Source of the DNA: Chrysomallon squamiferum
Taxonomy: Eukaryota > Animalia > Mollusca
Length of the DNA: 64,000 nucleotides
NCBI GenBank assembly: GCA_012295275.1
Contig: CM022678.1
Location: 15,996,001 to 16,060,000 of the forward strand
Reading direction: 5' to 3'
The stretch's first letter is position 1. Each line of letters starts with the position of its first letter. Below are positions 43,739-58,227 of the stretch, piece by piece. Below the pieces are notes generated by a model. The model was given only the letters and a program-made list of their open reading frames with translations, was not told the DNA's origin and searched no databases. Made by a program: the position numbers and the translations under genes.

Positions 43739-45340
43739 CTAATGATTAAAGGTAGAACAAATATTCCTATATTAGTATGTGATATTAGAAAAAGGCTGAC
43801 GTAGGCAAGACCTTAATTTATCTTTAGGATATTTATTATATAAACCAAAAAGTATTGAACTATACATTTAACTGATTATATGAATGGACAGTAATTTTCA
43901 TTCACAAAGTTTATTTGATTATAATAATATAACTTTTTAATAAAAATACTGAAAAATGCTCATTTACACTAGAACATGAGATAATTTATGCATAAAGTCA
44001 AAGAACATATTTTGTTTTCCATATCTGATTATAATGAAATAACATTTTAAGCATAATACTGAAAAACATGTTTAAGCTTATATAATTTGCATATGAAGTC
44101 ATAGAAATTTGTTTTCATATACTGGTATTAGTAATAATATTTACCTAATGAATAAAAAATAATATTGAAAAATATGTAAGTAAAAGTTTAGTGATTTTTC
44201 ACGATGTTTTTTGAAAAATTATTTGTGATAACAGAATAAATCACATGAGTTATTCTTTTAATGAACTTTTAAAAGACTTTTACTTTCTTATATTTAAAAT
44301 AATAATTAAAAAAAATAACAACAAAAGATCAAATAGTTTAAAGTAATTTTATTAGTGTCATATAATTAAAGTATTAAAACAGTTAATTTTGTTGGTAAAA
44401 TTATTTTTATTTCTCTTACAAAACCTTTCTTAGACTGTACTGAATGTTAAGGATTTTCTGGAGGAATCATTTTTATTGTTATTATTATTAGTAGTATTTT
44501 GTCATTCAGGTTTATAGTTATTATTATAGTTATAGTTATTGTTATTATTGTTATTATTATTATTGATATTATTATTATTATTATTAATGTTGATTAGTTA
44601 GTTCTGTGACTTTTTCACATTTGTATTGGTTTTAATGTTTGTTTGGTGTTTTTTGTCATGTTTTTTATCTTTCTGAAAGAATTTATTTTTCTAGCTATTT
44701 GTTTTTATTTATTAATTATTTTCATTATTTTTTTTCTTTATTTTATCATCATTATTATTATTATTATTATTATTATTTTAATTTATCTTCTTTTTTACTT
44801 TTTAAATTCTTGTTTAAGCATTTATGTTTATTTTGTTTTTTACCATCAGTAGTCCTACTAGATAAAGACAGTATTAAAACTGATGTATAAAATGTGAAAG
44901 GTTTACACAAAAAGAATTTTTATCCTGATACAGTTATAATATATTCCAATAATCTGTATTATAAATTATCTAAAAATTATTAAAATATTTATACTTTTTC
45001 TATTCAGATCAAAGATTGTTCATAAACATGAAAGTTATTAATACAAACTGGTGTCAAATATTCTTGCTGCTAATTAAAATAAAAAGAAGTAATAATAAAT
45101 AAATAAATAAAATTAATTAAAATAAAATAATGATAATATTGTTTTGTTTTCTTTTTTTAATTATTATTATTAAAAAATAAATTTAAAACAAATCACCAGA
45201 ATTTATTTATTCTGAGAAAGATATAAATGGTAACGAATGAAAGGAGATGTGCATTCCGAACGGTTTTTTGAAACTGTTTTAATGGTACTGGGAAATTCAA
45301 AAAAAAAAAAAAAAAATTGGATTTCGTTTGCAATACTTAC

Positions 45341-45642
45341 TCAAGGGGTTTAAACGAATCCTGGCCAGCCGCCACGTACGATCCACCATCTTGCATACTG
45401 GATAAATCTTTAACCCTGTGGCCACCATTTGGTGTGTATAGTTTCCTCACAGCCCCACTTTGCAGTTGAACACAGTGAGTAACTTCACCAAGAAACGCTT
45501 CAAAAGTTCGCACCGCTCGCCTATTCCACGTGTAACGGCGTCCAGGAAAATATTTGTCTCCATTACGATAGAAATTAAAATGTTTAGCTTGTTCCAAATT
45601 CTTCGTTTCGACAGACTGCGTTGACATTGTAGCTGTTGTCAT
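45341..45642 (-). CDS. DCDC2: DCDC2-like doublecortin domain protein, coding exon 1 (DCX domain 1)
   Basis: Translates MTTATMSTQSVETKNLEQAKHFNFYRNGDKYFPGRRYTWNRRAVRTFEAFLGEVTHCVQLQSGAVRKLYTPNGGHRVKDLSSMQDGGSYVAAGQDSFKPL; has DCX hallmarks (YRNGD, TFEAFL, GAVRKLYTP, YVAAG..FK). Ends GA|gtaagt (phase 2), 302 nt. Confidence 0.95.
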
Positions 45643-45719
45643 CTTACTGTATTGGTATTTTTCACAGAGAAAACATCGATGGTCAAAAGCATTTTACATT
45701 ATGTCTTTTCGTTTGAGAC

Positions 45720-45830
45720 CTCTTTCCGGTTTACAGAGCGTTGGGAGATGTGATTTGTTTACGGTCCTTTGGCGACCTCTGACCTCGTCGCTGGGGAAAC
45801 GAAGTCGTGACGTTTCTCGGATCGGTAGGG
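45720..45830 (-). promoter_or_regulatory. Proximal promoter of the DCDC2-like gene with X-box and forkhead-type motifs
   Basis: CpG-rich patch 80-190 nt upstream of the ATG; X-box GTCGCTGGGGAAAC 45787-45800; X-box-like GTCCTTTGGCGAC 45764-45776; TGTTTAC 45756-45762; TGACGT half-CRE near 45808. Confidence 0.7.
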
Positions 45831-48800
45831 ATCATCATTTATGAATGGATAGTTGAAATTAGATTTTGAGGCGTTATGTATAAGGTGTAAATGAATTGAG
45901 ACAAAAACATCTAGCTGCATAGCTGATAAGTTTCAGATAAATTAATAAGGCATTTTACTAACTGTAATGCCGGATCGATATTTTAGTATTTACCTCTGCA
46001 GGTATGACAAACATTTTATATTTGTCGGCTTGCCACATATTACATGAATAACAAGTTATTATGTACTGTACTGCAGAAATAATTGTAATTTAATAATAAT
46101 TGCAGGTGAAAAAAAAAAAATATAATATTTCTAAATAATGTTCAAGCCGTTATATATTTTCGATATTAAAAAGAAAAGTTATTTGTTTTGTTTTTGTAAA
46201 CATTTTTAATTTCACGGCGTTCACAAAGCATACAGAAACTGCTGAATTTTAACGCAATATATTATTTTTTTCAAAAGTTATCGACAGACAAGAACGAAAT
46301 CGTTTCATATTCGATCTATTATTTCGTTACGTATAAGTATATATTTTCTGTTTTCTAATAAAATTAAACGAGTGTAGTAAAGTTTTATTTTTCAAGTGAT
46401 AAACTGTATGATGCTCTACGAGCCTGTATTTCTTCAGCACACCCTCACTCACACATTTTATTATAAGTAAATGATTATTATAAGTAAATATTTCAGGATT
46501 TATCTGATCTTGAAAGTGTACTTTGTTTTCATTGTTGACATAATAAATAGCAATACTGAGGTAAAATTTAAAAATAAAATGTCAGAAATAAAAATAAAAT
46601 AATATATGTATTTGTGACGTCATTCTGTTACTTACTTCTGAAAAATATGTCTCACGGACCAAATTAATTTCCTACATATACAGCCAGATTTTAAATTACT
46701 ATAATTTGTTTATAATTCTTTTGTGTCTAATTTATTTTCGAAGTAATTCATTTATTATTATGCTTAAATTCTCTGAATTTTGACAGTTAAATTAGTAATA
46801 TGGATTCGTATCGATATTTCAGTTAATGTTGTACCACAGTAGGCATTGCTTAATTAACCGACAAACGGGTTAATTAACACCATAGAAACATAACATTCAG
46901 TTGAAGTTTATCACCTTTTGTTAGTGAATCTGCCAAAACACTGGTAAACCGTTTGTGACAGACAATGGTGATCGTTATCTTCGTGTGTAAAGATGAAAAA
47001 GTGTTTATCTAAGAAAATAAATAACTAAAATTTAAAAAGAAAAAGAAGAATATATAAGAAGAAAAAGCAAAACGAAAATACGGCTATATCGTTAATAGCT
47101 AAAGTAATATCCTCAAATAAACTTTTTTCCGCGATATTTAAGGTTAATAGATTATTTCCATTATAGCAAATTATTCTTTTATAGCGTTTATTTTGTAAAA
47201 AAAAAAAAATAAATAATAATAATAATAATAAAAAAAAAAGTTTTGTTATTATTATTATTTTATTATTATTATTCTAAACTAAGGAAAAAGTATTCTGAAC
47301 TCAAACCCGGTAACGACAACAAAATAATATCGATTTGTCTGCCAATCGAAATGCCCTAAGTAACTATTTCCGGTATAATTATTCTTGGCTGGAATCGGCA
47401 CATTTCTCCAGAACCTTCATTTTGTGTCTGAATACGAAGGAAACAAACATTTAAGAAGTATCTGCAGATTTAAAATACTTTTCTTCTAGCCTTTTTCTAA
47501 TTTCCCTTTTTAACTTAGATTTTTCTTTATCCTCTTTTTTTAAATTTTCATTTTATTTTATTTTTTTTTTTTCCTTTAATTATGAAAAAGAAGTTTTAAA
47601 AAGTTTAATTTCAGTTTTGATTAGTTCTTTTATATATGTCATTATAGCAGTAAACACGTTTAAATGGCATTAGAAATATTAGAAATTATTTAAATCTCTG
47701 TAACATGTTATTATTAATAGTAGTAGTAGGAGTATTTTTTATAATATATTTATATTCTTTAAAAATCTGTTGAATAAAAAAAAACGAAGAAAGAGAAGAA
47801 GATGAAGCAACAAAGGATAAAAATAAAATAAAAACAATAACAACAGCAAAAAATCAAAAAAATGTAAATAAATAAAAATAAATAAATAAATTAAAATAAA
47901 ATAAAATAAATATTGAAAAAAGAAGAAGAAAAAATATTTAATAAAAAGAAAAAAAGAAGAAAGAAGAAACATAACATATAAACATATTTACACAGATACA
48001 TTTCTGGAATATTTTATACTTGAAAAATAATCTTGAACATGCCATGTTAAGTATATCTGCATGAAGTACGATCGCACACGGACAGGCAAACTACTTGAAA
48101 ACTACACAAACCTAAACACGCTAAAGGGTTTGGTCAATCGAGGTCGGTACGGGGGAACGTTTGTGTCAACACGGGTTCTCACAGATAATATGTCTGTCAC
48201 TTTAACTGTCAGGTTGTGTTTCTGTGTTGGCAGTAATTGCTTATGGAAACATTTCAGAGGATAACAACAAATAAAAAACGTTCTAAAGACTTTACATTGT
48301 ATCCATGGTTGCAGAGAATATACACAGCAATAGGTAGAGATGCTTATAGAAAATGGTCGTTGGTATTTTTTGTTTGTGTGTGTGACTTTACATATCTCTG
48401 TCTGTGTGTGCGCGCTTTTTGTTAGTGTGCATATGTCTATATATAGAGTACTAGTTCCAGTGTGTGTGTGTGTGCATATGTACTGTTGTATCCATCTGTA
48501 TGGCTGTTATATGTATATATGTGTGTGTGTGTGTGTGAGAGAGTGTTTAAGAAATATATATAATAATTCCAGTCATAATTGTAACAAGCAAAAAGATAGA
48601 TGAACAAACATAAACTGAAAATTTAGAATAAAAAAAAAAAAAATTAAAATTAAAAATAACCAAGACAAGGCGACAGAAATACAGAAATAATATTATTAAG
48701 TTTGATTTCGGTTAAGACGGATTAAGATACTCTTGTTGAATAATAGGCAACAGTCTTTTTGCTTTCTACATTTTTTTTTCTTTTTTGTTATATTCATTTC

Positions 48801-50693
48801 CAAATAATCATCAAAGCTTTCTGTTTTTTTTTCTTTTTAATGTACTCGTAGGATATTTATTTTTAATGTCTTGCCACAAAGGGTGAACGAATGAATGTGA
48901 TTTAATATAAATGTCGTTCACGAGTTGTTTCGATCGTATTAGAATATCATACACTGGTATCATTCAAATAATATTTTCGTTGTGTTATGCATAATAAGCG
49001 GATTGTTTGAAAGGCGCCAGTTAAGCCGGCGTAAAGAATAAAAGAATAACCGTTCGAGTAACGGTCGAAACATGTTACTTCTGTTTGTCTATTAACTTAT
49101 TTCTTGTGTTAATTACGCTATAATTTAATAAAAAATATTTATGTTATTAATTAGTATTTTGTAGTTGTTGTTGTTGTTGTAGTAGTTAATTTTAATTATC
49201 TATTTATTGCTTACATTTTGATTTCAAGTTATTTTATTTATTAATTTATTGTTATACATTAATTGTTTGTGGGTTTTTATGTTGGTTTTTTGTTATTACT
49301 ATTACTTTATTATAACAATTATAACAACAACAACAACAACAACAACAAAATAATTAAAATAAATAAATAAATAAATAAAACACACAACAAGCAAACCCCC
49401 AGTATGCTCTTATTATTTTCAAATTTGTGGCTTTTTAAAAGCGAATGACAATCTCTTTCTCTCTCTGTTTCTCTCTCGCGCGCACGCACGTAGACACACA
49501 CACACACACAACACAACAAAAACAAACAAACAATACATGTTTAGTATTAACAACTGAACAGTTAAATTAAACAAGTTAAATAGCAGATTAAAATATTATT
49601 AAGTAACTAATTTCATATCCGTCCAAATCAAATGACGTCATACGAAGAAGAAGAAGAAGATGAGAAATTCATCCAGCTTCCAGGCATAATTAAATTATCA
49701 GAAATAGATACATACGATTCTAAATAACGTGCACACTGACTGCAAACCTCTAATTCTCAAAGTGGCCCTAAAAAACATTAATGGATGTAAATAATTCAGT
49801 TTTTTAACGGAAAAATATATCTCCGTTTAGATGGTTTAAAAATATTGTTATTTAAATTTTTATATTATTTAATTATTCATTTTCTTCTTCTTTCTTTCTT
49901 ACATTGTTGTTGTTGCTGTTGTTTTTATTATTAATATTATTATAATTACATTTTTTTTTTTTTTGTGTATAGTTTATATTCTATGGGTTTTCCTCTTGTT
50001 TTATTTTATTTTCTTCGTTAAAATACTTTCTTCTTTTACCTTTATTCTTTTATTTATTGTTAATTTTGTTGATAGTTATATACTTTATTGATCTATTTTA
50101 TTATTTATTATATTACTTCCTTTATTTAGGTAACTTTATTTTTGTTTTTTTTTTTTTTTTTTTCATAACATAATGTTCTTTCCTTAATTATGTTTTTATT
50201 TTTTTTTTTTTTTTTTTTTTTGTTGAAAATTTGACTTGACTTTTCCCTTGTACTTCGCTTCACCTCTTGTACATGTTTCAAAGATGTAACATCAAAGACG
50301 ACGACGTTTATTTATTTGTCCACGACTTCGTCGTGTACACTCCTTCACCCTGCCCCTCCTTTACAGGTGAAAACAATATCTCGTGTGTCCTTCAGTTTTG
50401 TCCAGAAAAAAGTTCTGATGAATCACATTGCCTAAGAGTCATATTGTTACTTTTCTTGTGTTGTTCTTCCATGGATGTTTTTTAAATTTTTGGTATATAT
50501 AAAAAAAAAAAAAAAAAAAATCGTAGAATAAAAGTAATAATAATAAAAAAAAATATTTATATATTTTATTAGCTACTGGTAATTTTAAGTTATTTTTAAA
50601 TTTTAATGTACATATACTGTTGTTTCAATTTTTAATCTGTAGCTATAATCTGTCCTATATATCTGTCTGTCTGTCTCTCTAGATTGATAGATT

Positions 50694-50733
<40 letters not shown>

Positions 50734-51296
50734 TAGATCATATATGAAATGCTGGGTACTCTCTTAAAGTATCAGCTTTTTCATGCGAAGGTTAGAATGC
50801 CGGATGCAGCGAGGCTCTGCAAAAGCGGATAAACCTGAGATTTTACAATCCTACTTAAAACAAACATTAAATTAAATTAAATGTTTTACTTCTCAACTGA
50901 CTGTTTTTGAGGTTGTAGAGTCATGCGTTTTGATTTCATTGTCGCCTTCAAAAGCTATATATTAAACAAAATTGTTCTTAAATAACAAGTTTATTTGAAA
51001 ACCGTTTTCAAAATGGTCATTTTAAAATACAAATCAGCACTTAAATATATAGAAGTAACCTTGAAGTATATATATCTCTCTGCGTATCTGTGTGTGTGTG
51101 TGTCTCTCTCTCTGTGTGTGTGTGTGTGTGTGTGTGACAAGTAATTTATCTAAGCAAAAAAGTGCCAGTCCAAAAAGCTATAGGCCTATATTCCCTCAGG
51201 AGAGCGAAAATTCAGAAATTTACAAAAATACGATAATAATTCACAGTTAGAGTAAGATAGGTACTGCGTTATAAATACATGTATACAATTCATACC

Positions 51297-51328
<32 letters not shown>

Positions 51329-51391
51329 TTAGGAGTTTGCTTTTATTATTTAAAACTATATTGGCATTTCTATACCTATAATCTATCTATC

Positions 51392-51443
<52 letters not shown>

Positions 51444-51480
51444 TTTGATATAATAAAAACATTAGACTGAAAAAATGATG

Positions 51481-51523
<43 letters not shown>

Positions 51524-52349
51524 GTTTTTAATAATTATTTATTCTATGTTTCTATTTTTTATTATTATTATTTTTGCCTGGTTTCTTACCCTAACAGACA
51601 TTTTCACACGAAAATCTCGATAATAAATAACAGCATACAGATCTCATGCAAATCGTGATTTCAAAGAGAAAACAAAACCAAAAAAATCTTCTATTGAAAA
51701 ACAAAAAAGTGTATTAACAAAATAAAAAAACAAAACACATTCCTCTCCCACATCACAGTATACAGCAACTACGTGCATGGCACCTGTGTTTTGTTCGAGT
51801 TCACAGTTCTTCAAAGATGAAGTAAATCTTAAACCTCTATCTGAAAAGTACAATAAACAAACCACGTCTGGAGAACTACTTTGTAATTTGCACGACTTGG
51901 TCAAAGGATAAGTTAATTTATTATTTGTGGTTGCTGGTTACAAACAAATAGAAAAAAAAAAAAAAAAAAAAAAAAAAGAAGGAAAACAGAAAAATAGCAG
52001 CAACACCAGGCCTGAAATATTAGGAAAGGAAAAGTTAAAAGGTAGACTAATCTACATACAGGTATTTATGCATAGCTTTCAACTTTTAATTATAAAAGGA
52101 CGAGAAAAGTTCAGTGTAATTTACGTAGAGGTATTTAAGCACTTTGCGAAAATAACGATCTCCGTAAATTTGGTGGGAGTGTGTGAATGAACTGTTTGTT
52201 TAACAGACTAATACAAGCTGGCGGTTTCTTCTTTAATAAGGAAAGTCCGTTTAATAGCAGATGTTTTTAAAACAAAAATAGTTTTGAAATTAAAAGAAAC
52301 TAAAATTTTAATAATTTTTGAAATATTTATATATCAGTTACTGCTACTG

Positions 52350-52424
<75 letters not shown>

Positions 52425-54035
52425 TTTTTTTTTGCTTTAGATATCAAATAAAACTTTAACGTTTCCTGTGTTTTAATTTTCCGTGTCTTGTCGTGATAAC
52501 GATTTCGAGAAAGTCATCGCCTCTGCGGACTTTTAACCAAACTGTTCACAAACAGCCTTGTTTGTAGAGGCTGTTATGAATTAATTTAATAAGTTTGATC
52601 ATTGTAATACTAAACGATTTCACAGACACAAGATGTTTTAATGTTAATCAGTTACGTCAATTATACATTACGCATCCAAAGTGTATAATATGTAACTAAT
52701 AATTATTTTACACACAACACACACACACGAAGCAGATAATAATTATTATTTTTCTAATAGAGTACGTAAACAATTATCATTATTTTTTTAAATTCGAAAT
52801 ATAAACTGTTAAAACAGGGCGTGGCTGTCATTACATATTACTTCATTATAATGAAGCTAACTGTCTATATATTTAGTTTTTCGGGTCCTTCGTGCTGATT
52901 CTTTTTTTTTTTTTTTTTTTTTCTTTGCTTTTTTCCTCCCCTTCGTTTCTTTATGAATTACATGAAACTCCGCACTCTTGAAATGAAAACTGTTTTTAAA
53001 CTCGAAATTAAACAATCTTTTACCAAGGTGTGGCAACTGTTACATAACCGCTAAAATGATATTTTTCATGTTCCTATTTATTTTCTTCTATTGGTTTGTT
53101 TACAAATTATGTTTTTCGACTATGGAAATTATTTTTATAGACCAAATTTCAGAAATTAACACCGGGGTGTGGTAGATATTATGCAGAGTCGACGTGGGGT
53201 TTTTAAAATGATAATATTGATTTTAGAGCCCAGCATGATCATGTAATACTTGTTTACTAGGTTTTTGCACGTGCTCTTTGTTCCGTAACTAACACATTAA
53301 CACGTAAAATAAACACGTTTTTGTATTGGGTAACTATTACTGCTGACACCGGTATGTTTGGCGCCATGTTGCAGAAACGAAAAAGATACGTTTTTGATTG
53401 GTTTTATCGAGGCTTCACATGAGAGCATGATTTCGATTAGAAAATTTGTAACAAGTTCGTGACCTGACTTTAGCAGAAGGATACAACTGAAAATGGGATT
53501 TGTAGATTGACAATAAAGTTACACTGCTTTAGACTGAACAAGGTTAAGCTGATATTTATAAACACTGTAACGATGTTAATTTTGCTTCCTGGCCTCCATT
53601 TTTTCTCGATATTTTATTTCAGTTTATTTTATCTTTAACTAATTTTAACTTTGACTAAAATTTTGCTCAGAGCTGTGCCTTTACATATTTTGTGGATATT
53701 AAATATTTGTTATGCACGAAATGAAATGAAAGAAAAAATGGTAATAAATAAAACTATCAAAAATTGAAATTACTGTCCTTACACCTATGAAACAAATAAT
53801 GATACACGAGGTATTTAATATTGTCACCAAATTAAATTCTGGTAATGCATAGCTACTGTTACGAAAATAATAATAAATATACCTGTTATTAAAACTATTA
53901 GATTCTTGTGAGGTCTGAAACAAAATAACGATCATGATTGATAACGGTAATAATAGTAATATTGATGATGGTAATGGATAAAATAAAAAATAGCAATAAT
54001 AATAATAATAAATAACAATAATACTAATAAATAGC

Positions 54036-54085
<50 letters not shown>

Positions 54086-55226
54086 TAAAAAATAAAAATA
54101 AAAATAAAAATAAAAATAAAAATAAAAATAATAAAAATAAATAAATCAATAAATAAATAAGAACTGTATCAGTACAATAAAAAAAGAAAAAAAAAAAGAA
54201 ATTTGTTTTGATAACTGCTTTGCAATTTGCACGCGTCTTGTGACATTTGCTATAAAATGAATAACAATGAACTCCAAAACGTATCAAGAAAGTCAATAAT
54301 TACACGTTCGACAATAACTATTTACTTCAAAATTTCCTAAATCGACAGGTGATAATATAATTAACCCTTAGAGCAAAATCGAGTACCTGTCCGCGGCCCG
54401 GTTCGTTTGACGCTGATTGGGTTATTTTTACGGAACCGTGGTGTGCCAAGCTGTACTAAACAGCAGATAGAAAATTGAATGGATAACGGTCGCTAAATAA
54501 TTAAGCGACGTGGACACGCTTCGTCGACGGACGTTGTGGTAGTTACGGTAGACAAATAAATAGGTGTATTGTTTCCAATAGACTAATAGACGTCAACCAT
54601 GACATACTTAATAAAAAAAATATATATATATATATTTGTCACTTTCTTTTTATTAATTTTTTAAAATTATTATTTTTTTTCAATTGTTTGAATTTATTAA
54701 TGTTCTGTTATTATTTTTGTTTTTGTTTTTTTTTAAATTATATTTATTGTCATTATTAACTCAGAAACACGCATACACACGCACAAACACACACACAAAC
54801 CCAGATACCATATACATACATACATACATACGTACACATCCATCCACGAATCCTTTGTATCAGACGATTGCACGTGTAAATCACCTGTTCAGGGGCTATT
54901 CAGGTGTTTTGTGTAAAGTACATGTTAAAATATAACGTCGTTATTTTCTAGTGAATACGTGTTGGCCGGTGCATTTGTCCCCAGCACTAATTTGTTAGTA
55001 TTGATCCTGATTTTGAATAATTAATTTATTTTTCTACTGTTTTTATAGATTCACTCGTCCCATTTCAGCGAAAGGATACACCGTAGTAATCTTTGATAAA
55101 TAGCTCCGGGCGAAATAGTTATCGTTATCATGTAGTAGTTACAGTAATGTTTTTGTCAGAAAAATTTAATTATTTTAATAAGTAAAATGTACCGAAATTG
55201 TACTAATATTTAGAACAATTACTATC

Positions 55227-55465
<239 letters not shown>

Positions 55466-55938
55466 TCTGAAAGGAAACAGCCAGAATCTTACCCATCTGT
55501 CCATCTATCGGTCTATCAATACATGTTTTAGTTAATGCATATTTTTTAGTCTTTGAGTATAACAAGCGAATTATTAAACAACTAAACACGTAACATTAAA
55601 CAATACAAACAATAACTCCAAGCAAAGAACTGTATCAGAATTTAGTAATTTTCACTTCTTACTTAACGTTGTCAGCAGAGCGATTTAATTTGGTGTTCTG
55701 CAACCTCTGTTGACTCGTCTAAACAGAGAACAGCTTATTAACTGGTCATTACTACAATGATTTGGCCTTGCATTTTAATTAATTATTGATCTGTAGTTTT
55801 TCTTGACATGCAACCACATAATTTGTTGTAATTTGATACAGTGTCTCACAACGCAGTTTCAAAATATGTATTTGGGAACGAATATCGATATAAATTTAGT
55901 AACTGTCAGAAGAATTTCTGTCTAGATCTTTAATAACT

Positions 55939-55977
<39 letters not shown>

Positions 55978-56036
55978 TATATACAAATATAGATATAGAT
56001 AGATGTGTATATATATTGTTTCTACATATACACACG

Positions 56037-56074
<38 letters not shown>

Positions 56075-58129
56075 GATATGTATGTATATAAATCTACCAA
56101 CCAATTATCTGTCTACCTACCTACCTATCTAATCATCAGTATAGATACATACCTACATACCTACCTACCTACCTACCTATACCTACCTACATACATACAT
56201 ACATACATACCTACATACCTACATACATACATACATACATACATACATACATACACAGATATAGATAGAGATTATGGCATTAGCAGCAGTAGCAACCGCT
56301 GTTGTTGTAGGCGTAATAGTATACACAGTCGCAATAATTATACAATTTTTTAGTTATTTGATCCGTGTTAAACGTGCCACTTAAATTAAATATTTATCTT
56401 TCAAACTGTTGGTAACAAGAAAATATATATAAAAAACAAAAATATATTTATGGTTACTATTATTTTTCCACGCTTCACCAGTTAACACCACCCACGTTTG
56501 GACACAGACAAACGCGTAGAGAAAAGTTATTATTTTATTTTCAGAATATCGATAATCCATCTTCAATTCCCACTGCATGATTACCTACTTAATAACCCCC
56601 AGTAATACAGGACATTACCGGAAGCCGGACGAAGGTGAGCACGTGCTCCTGCGCGAGACTTTTTGCGGCTTATGTATTTTGTTCTGTTGAATTCCATCTT
56701 CAACGCTTCCGAACCGTTCAAAAAGAATCATAATAGCCTAACACGAAGTTCCGTCGTTTCGACACGCCATTGTTAATCTTTTCTTCTCTTACTTATCCTT
56801 CCCTGGTATTGTAAGTAGACAGGAACTGGGTAACATGGTGATTATGACGTCATGATTAGGAAAACAGCCAATAATGGGTGTTCTGTGTTCTGGTGCATGT
56901 GTCACTTACTGAAGGTTTGATCGGTTTAAAAAGAAAAGGGGTTAATGTTGAGGTTGCGTTTTTATTTGTTGAAAGTTTGGTAACAAGTAAACATCTTGGT
57001 TTATACGAGCACTGTTTTAACTAATTAATTTTTTAATCTTTTATATTTCAGAATAAATGTATGTATAGTAATCTGCTTTCGATGTATGTTTAGAAAGGGA
57101 AATGAATTATTTTCAGTAGGATAATTATCTGTCACATTTCGTAACAAGGACTCAGATATGTACATAGATTTACATACACGCACATACATGCATATATACA
57201 TACACGCACATACATGCATATATACATACATACATACATACATACATATTTACAAACACACATTCACATACAAACATATATATATAATACATACATACAT
57301 ACACACACACATATACATACACACATACATACATACACACACACATACAGACATACATACAAACATGTACATAACTACATAGAAATTCACATGCATGCAT
57401 GCTTAAACGTACATGCACTTTCGCACGCCCATTGTGTACGTAATGACAACCAAAACATCTAACGAAAGAAATATGCACTTGATGAACACTAAGATATGTA
57501 CAAAGAAGACATAAACACAAACATTTCAAGTCTTTTAGCGTCATGGCGCCGCCATTTGTAAAAACTAAATTTTCACTATGACCACCAAGACTTGTTAAAA
57601 AGTTGAGCAAAGACGACAGATAAAACTGACTACTTATTTAAAAATATGTGACCAGGTCGCGACTTTTGAAACCCCTTAACCTGAAATCCATTTAGAAAAG
57701 AATTAAAATAATGGAAACTGAATTTTTTAAAAACGATTAAAGTGTTATGTTTTTCTGTTAACACTCCTTGGAGCTGTTAAAAAAGTTAAGTTGATGCATA
57801 GTTTAGAGTTGTAAAGAGTTTTCGAAAACACTTTTTAATTTATGTTTAATGTTTCTGAAGTTTACAAGAGATTAAAGATCAGTGTTGTAGAATTCCAGAA
57901 AGCCGATATTCATGATAACGGATTAAATATAAATATAAATTATATTTTAAAAAAACACAAAAAAAAACACATTAAAAAAATAAAAATAAAAAATAAAATA
58001 CTAAACATATATATTACACAAAGGAAGTCTATTCTGATATGCAGTTTTACATTTTTTTTTTTAAGACAGAGATTATTAAAAGAAGAAATTTAATATATAA
58101 TTTTCCTCTTGTTAAGAAATCAGTCTTAT

Positions 58130-58227
<98 letters not shown>

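Noticed and set aside
48990-50850. Short GC-rich hairpin or tRNA/SINE-like patches near 49010-49070 and 50750-50850
   Set aside because: No cloverleaf, clear A/B boxes or second copy visible.
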